A stretch of DNA of 64,000 bases from Adineta vaga (lineage: Eukaryota; Animalia; Rotifera). Both the position numbers and the translations under genes were made by a program. The notes below the pieces were generated by a model. The model did no database searches. It worked only from the letters and a program-made list of their open reading frames with translations, and was not told the DNA's origin. The stretch lies in assembly GCA_021613535.1 (NCBI GenBank), contig CP075496.1:9672001-9736000 (forward strand), given 5' to 3'. This document shows, piece by piece, positions 63,063 through 64,000 of this stretch; within the stretch, counting starts at the first letter, position 1; the number at the start of each line of letters is the position of its first letter.

Positions 63063-64000
63063 ATGGCATCAATTAATAATGATACAAGTCAAACCCATGG
63101 TCGTTTTCTTGATGGAGCTGAAGAACCACGTAAAATGCTGCAACCGATCGAAGGATATCAAGATTTACCTTTAGTATCTCTTGAGGATTCAGTCGAGTCT
63201 ATCATTTCATTATGTTCCGATATTCATCGACGAGTATATATTGCCAAGGAAAACTGTAAAAATCTTCCTCCGAATCATTTGACAGTAGACGAAGTTGCAG
63301 CAATTCAACTTTATACCATGGAATGGAAACCAAGGGTTGGATGTCTTTATATGGCATTGAATACTGTGCTTCGTACTGAAAATCGTGATGAGATTACTCC
63401 TTGGTATTTATATTTGAAGTTAATTCTTTCTGCACTTACGCGAATACCATCGAAACAAACAATTATATGGCGAGGTGTGAAAGGTAACTTAAGTCAAAAA
63501 TATAACATTGGTAGTACATATATTTGGTGGGCATTTAGTTCCTGTACTGAATCACTTGATGTACTTGAATCAAATGTCTTCTTAGGAAAATCAGGAGAAA
63601 GAACTATATTCAATATTCAATGTGAAAATGGGAAAGATATTAGTCCATATTCTTACATTCCAGTTGAAAAAGAAATTCTTCTTTTACCAGCAACGCAATT
63701 TGTAGTTAAAGGCAAATTGAATCCATCACCTGGTCTTCATATTATTCAATTACAAGAAACGAAACCAAAATTTCCAATGATCGAGTTACCTGTGGTTTCA
63801 TCGAAATCGTCACAATCAGGATCAACTAATACAGCAATGAATTCCAATGTCAAAGTTCAACAAAGAATTTATCATTGTATGAAAGATTGTATGTATTTTG
63901 GAGAATTTAATCTAATCGATCGTGATATTCCACTAATTGTTGAACAAGCAATAAAAATTCGAAAATGTACTTTTCTTGATTTAAATTATAATAATATTAC
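63063..64000 (+). CDS. R-S-E-type ADP-ribosyltransferase fused to an LRR module (runs off the window end; absent from the ORF track)
   Basis: Open frame MASINNDTSQTHGRFLDG...DEVAAIQLYTMEW...IWRGVKG...WWAFSSCT...VEKEILLLP...LHIIQLQE, linker, then NLIDRDIPLIVEQAIKIRKCTFLDLNYNNI. Confidence 0.85.
   Translation, partial: MASINNDTSQTHGRFLDGAEEPRKMLQPIEGYQDLPLVSLEDSVESIISLCSDIHRRVYIAKENCKNLPPNHLTVDEVAAIQLYTMEWKPRVGCLYMALNTVLRTENRDEITPWYLYLKLILSALTRIPSKQTIIWRGVKGNLSQKYNIGSTYIWWAFSSCTESLDVLESNVFLGKSGERTIFNIQCENGKDISPYSYIPVEKEILLLPATQFVVKGKLNPSPGLHIIQLQETKPKFPMIELPVVSSKSSQSGSTNTAMNSNVKVQQRIYHCMKDCMYFGEFNLIDRDIPLIVEQAIKIRKCTFLDLNYNNI

Noticed and set aside
1-64000. Prokaryotic origin or contamination suggested by the bacterial-like enzymes
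   Set aside because: These genes are interleaved with intron-containing metazoan genes (GPCRs, syntaxin, EGF), several have spliceosomal introns themselves, and the tRNA is of eukaryotic initiator type.

Overview
Very AT-rich eukaryotic genomic DNA with compact genes and short (mostly 50-80 nt) GT-AG introns. The gene content strongly suggests a bdelloid rotifer (inference, not a database match): divergent rhodopsin-like GPCRs, F-box/LRR proteins, R-S-E ADP-ribosyltransferase (ART) proteins, NHL/EGF membrane proteins, and many bacterial- or fungal-looking enzymes among ordinary metazoan genes. About 28 protein genes can be reconstructed by hand-splicing. Housekeeping genes are GTP-PEPCK, acyl-CoA synthetase, syntaxin and an initiator tRNA-Met. 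Candidate horizontally acquired genes are a GH36 alpha-galactosidase, a 2OG-Fe(II) oxygenase, a fungal-type O-methyltransferase, a fungal-type amidase, an actinobacterial-type secreted esterase and an M20 amidohydrolase. Candidate defence genes are an MLKL-like kinase with an intact active site, two ART fusions, a B-box/SPRY protein, an anti-lipopolysaccharide-factor (ALF)-like protein and a Pro/Arg/His-rich peptide precursor. Several decayed gene copies are present. The main novelties, which the ORF track mostly misses, are: (1) a 5-exon chimera joining a SnoaL-like ester cyclase (4 introns) in frame to an intronless, GC-richer M20 amidohydrolase; (2) an ALF-type protein with the exact C-x20-C loop; (3) modular ART-LRR and ART-other-domain fusions. 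All family calls come from motif recognition and need confirmation by search.
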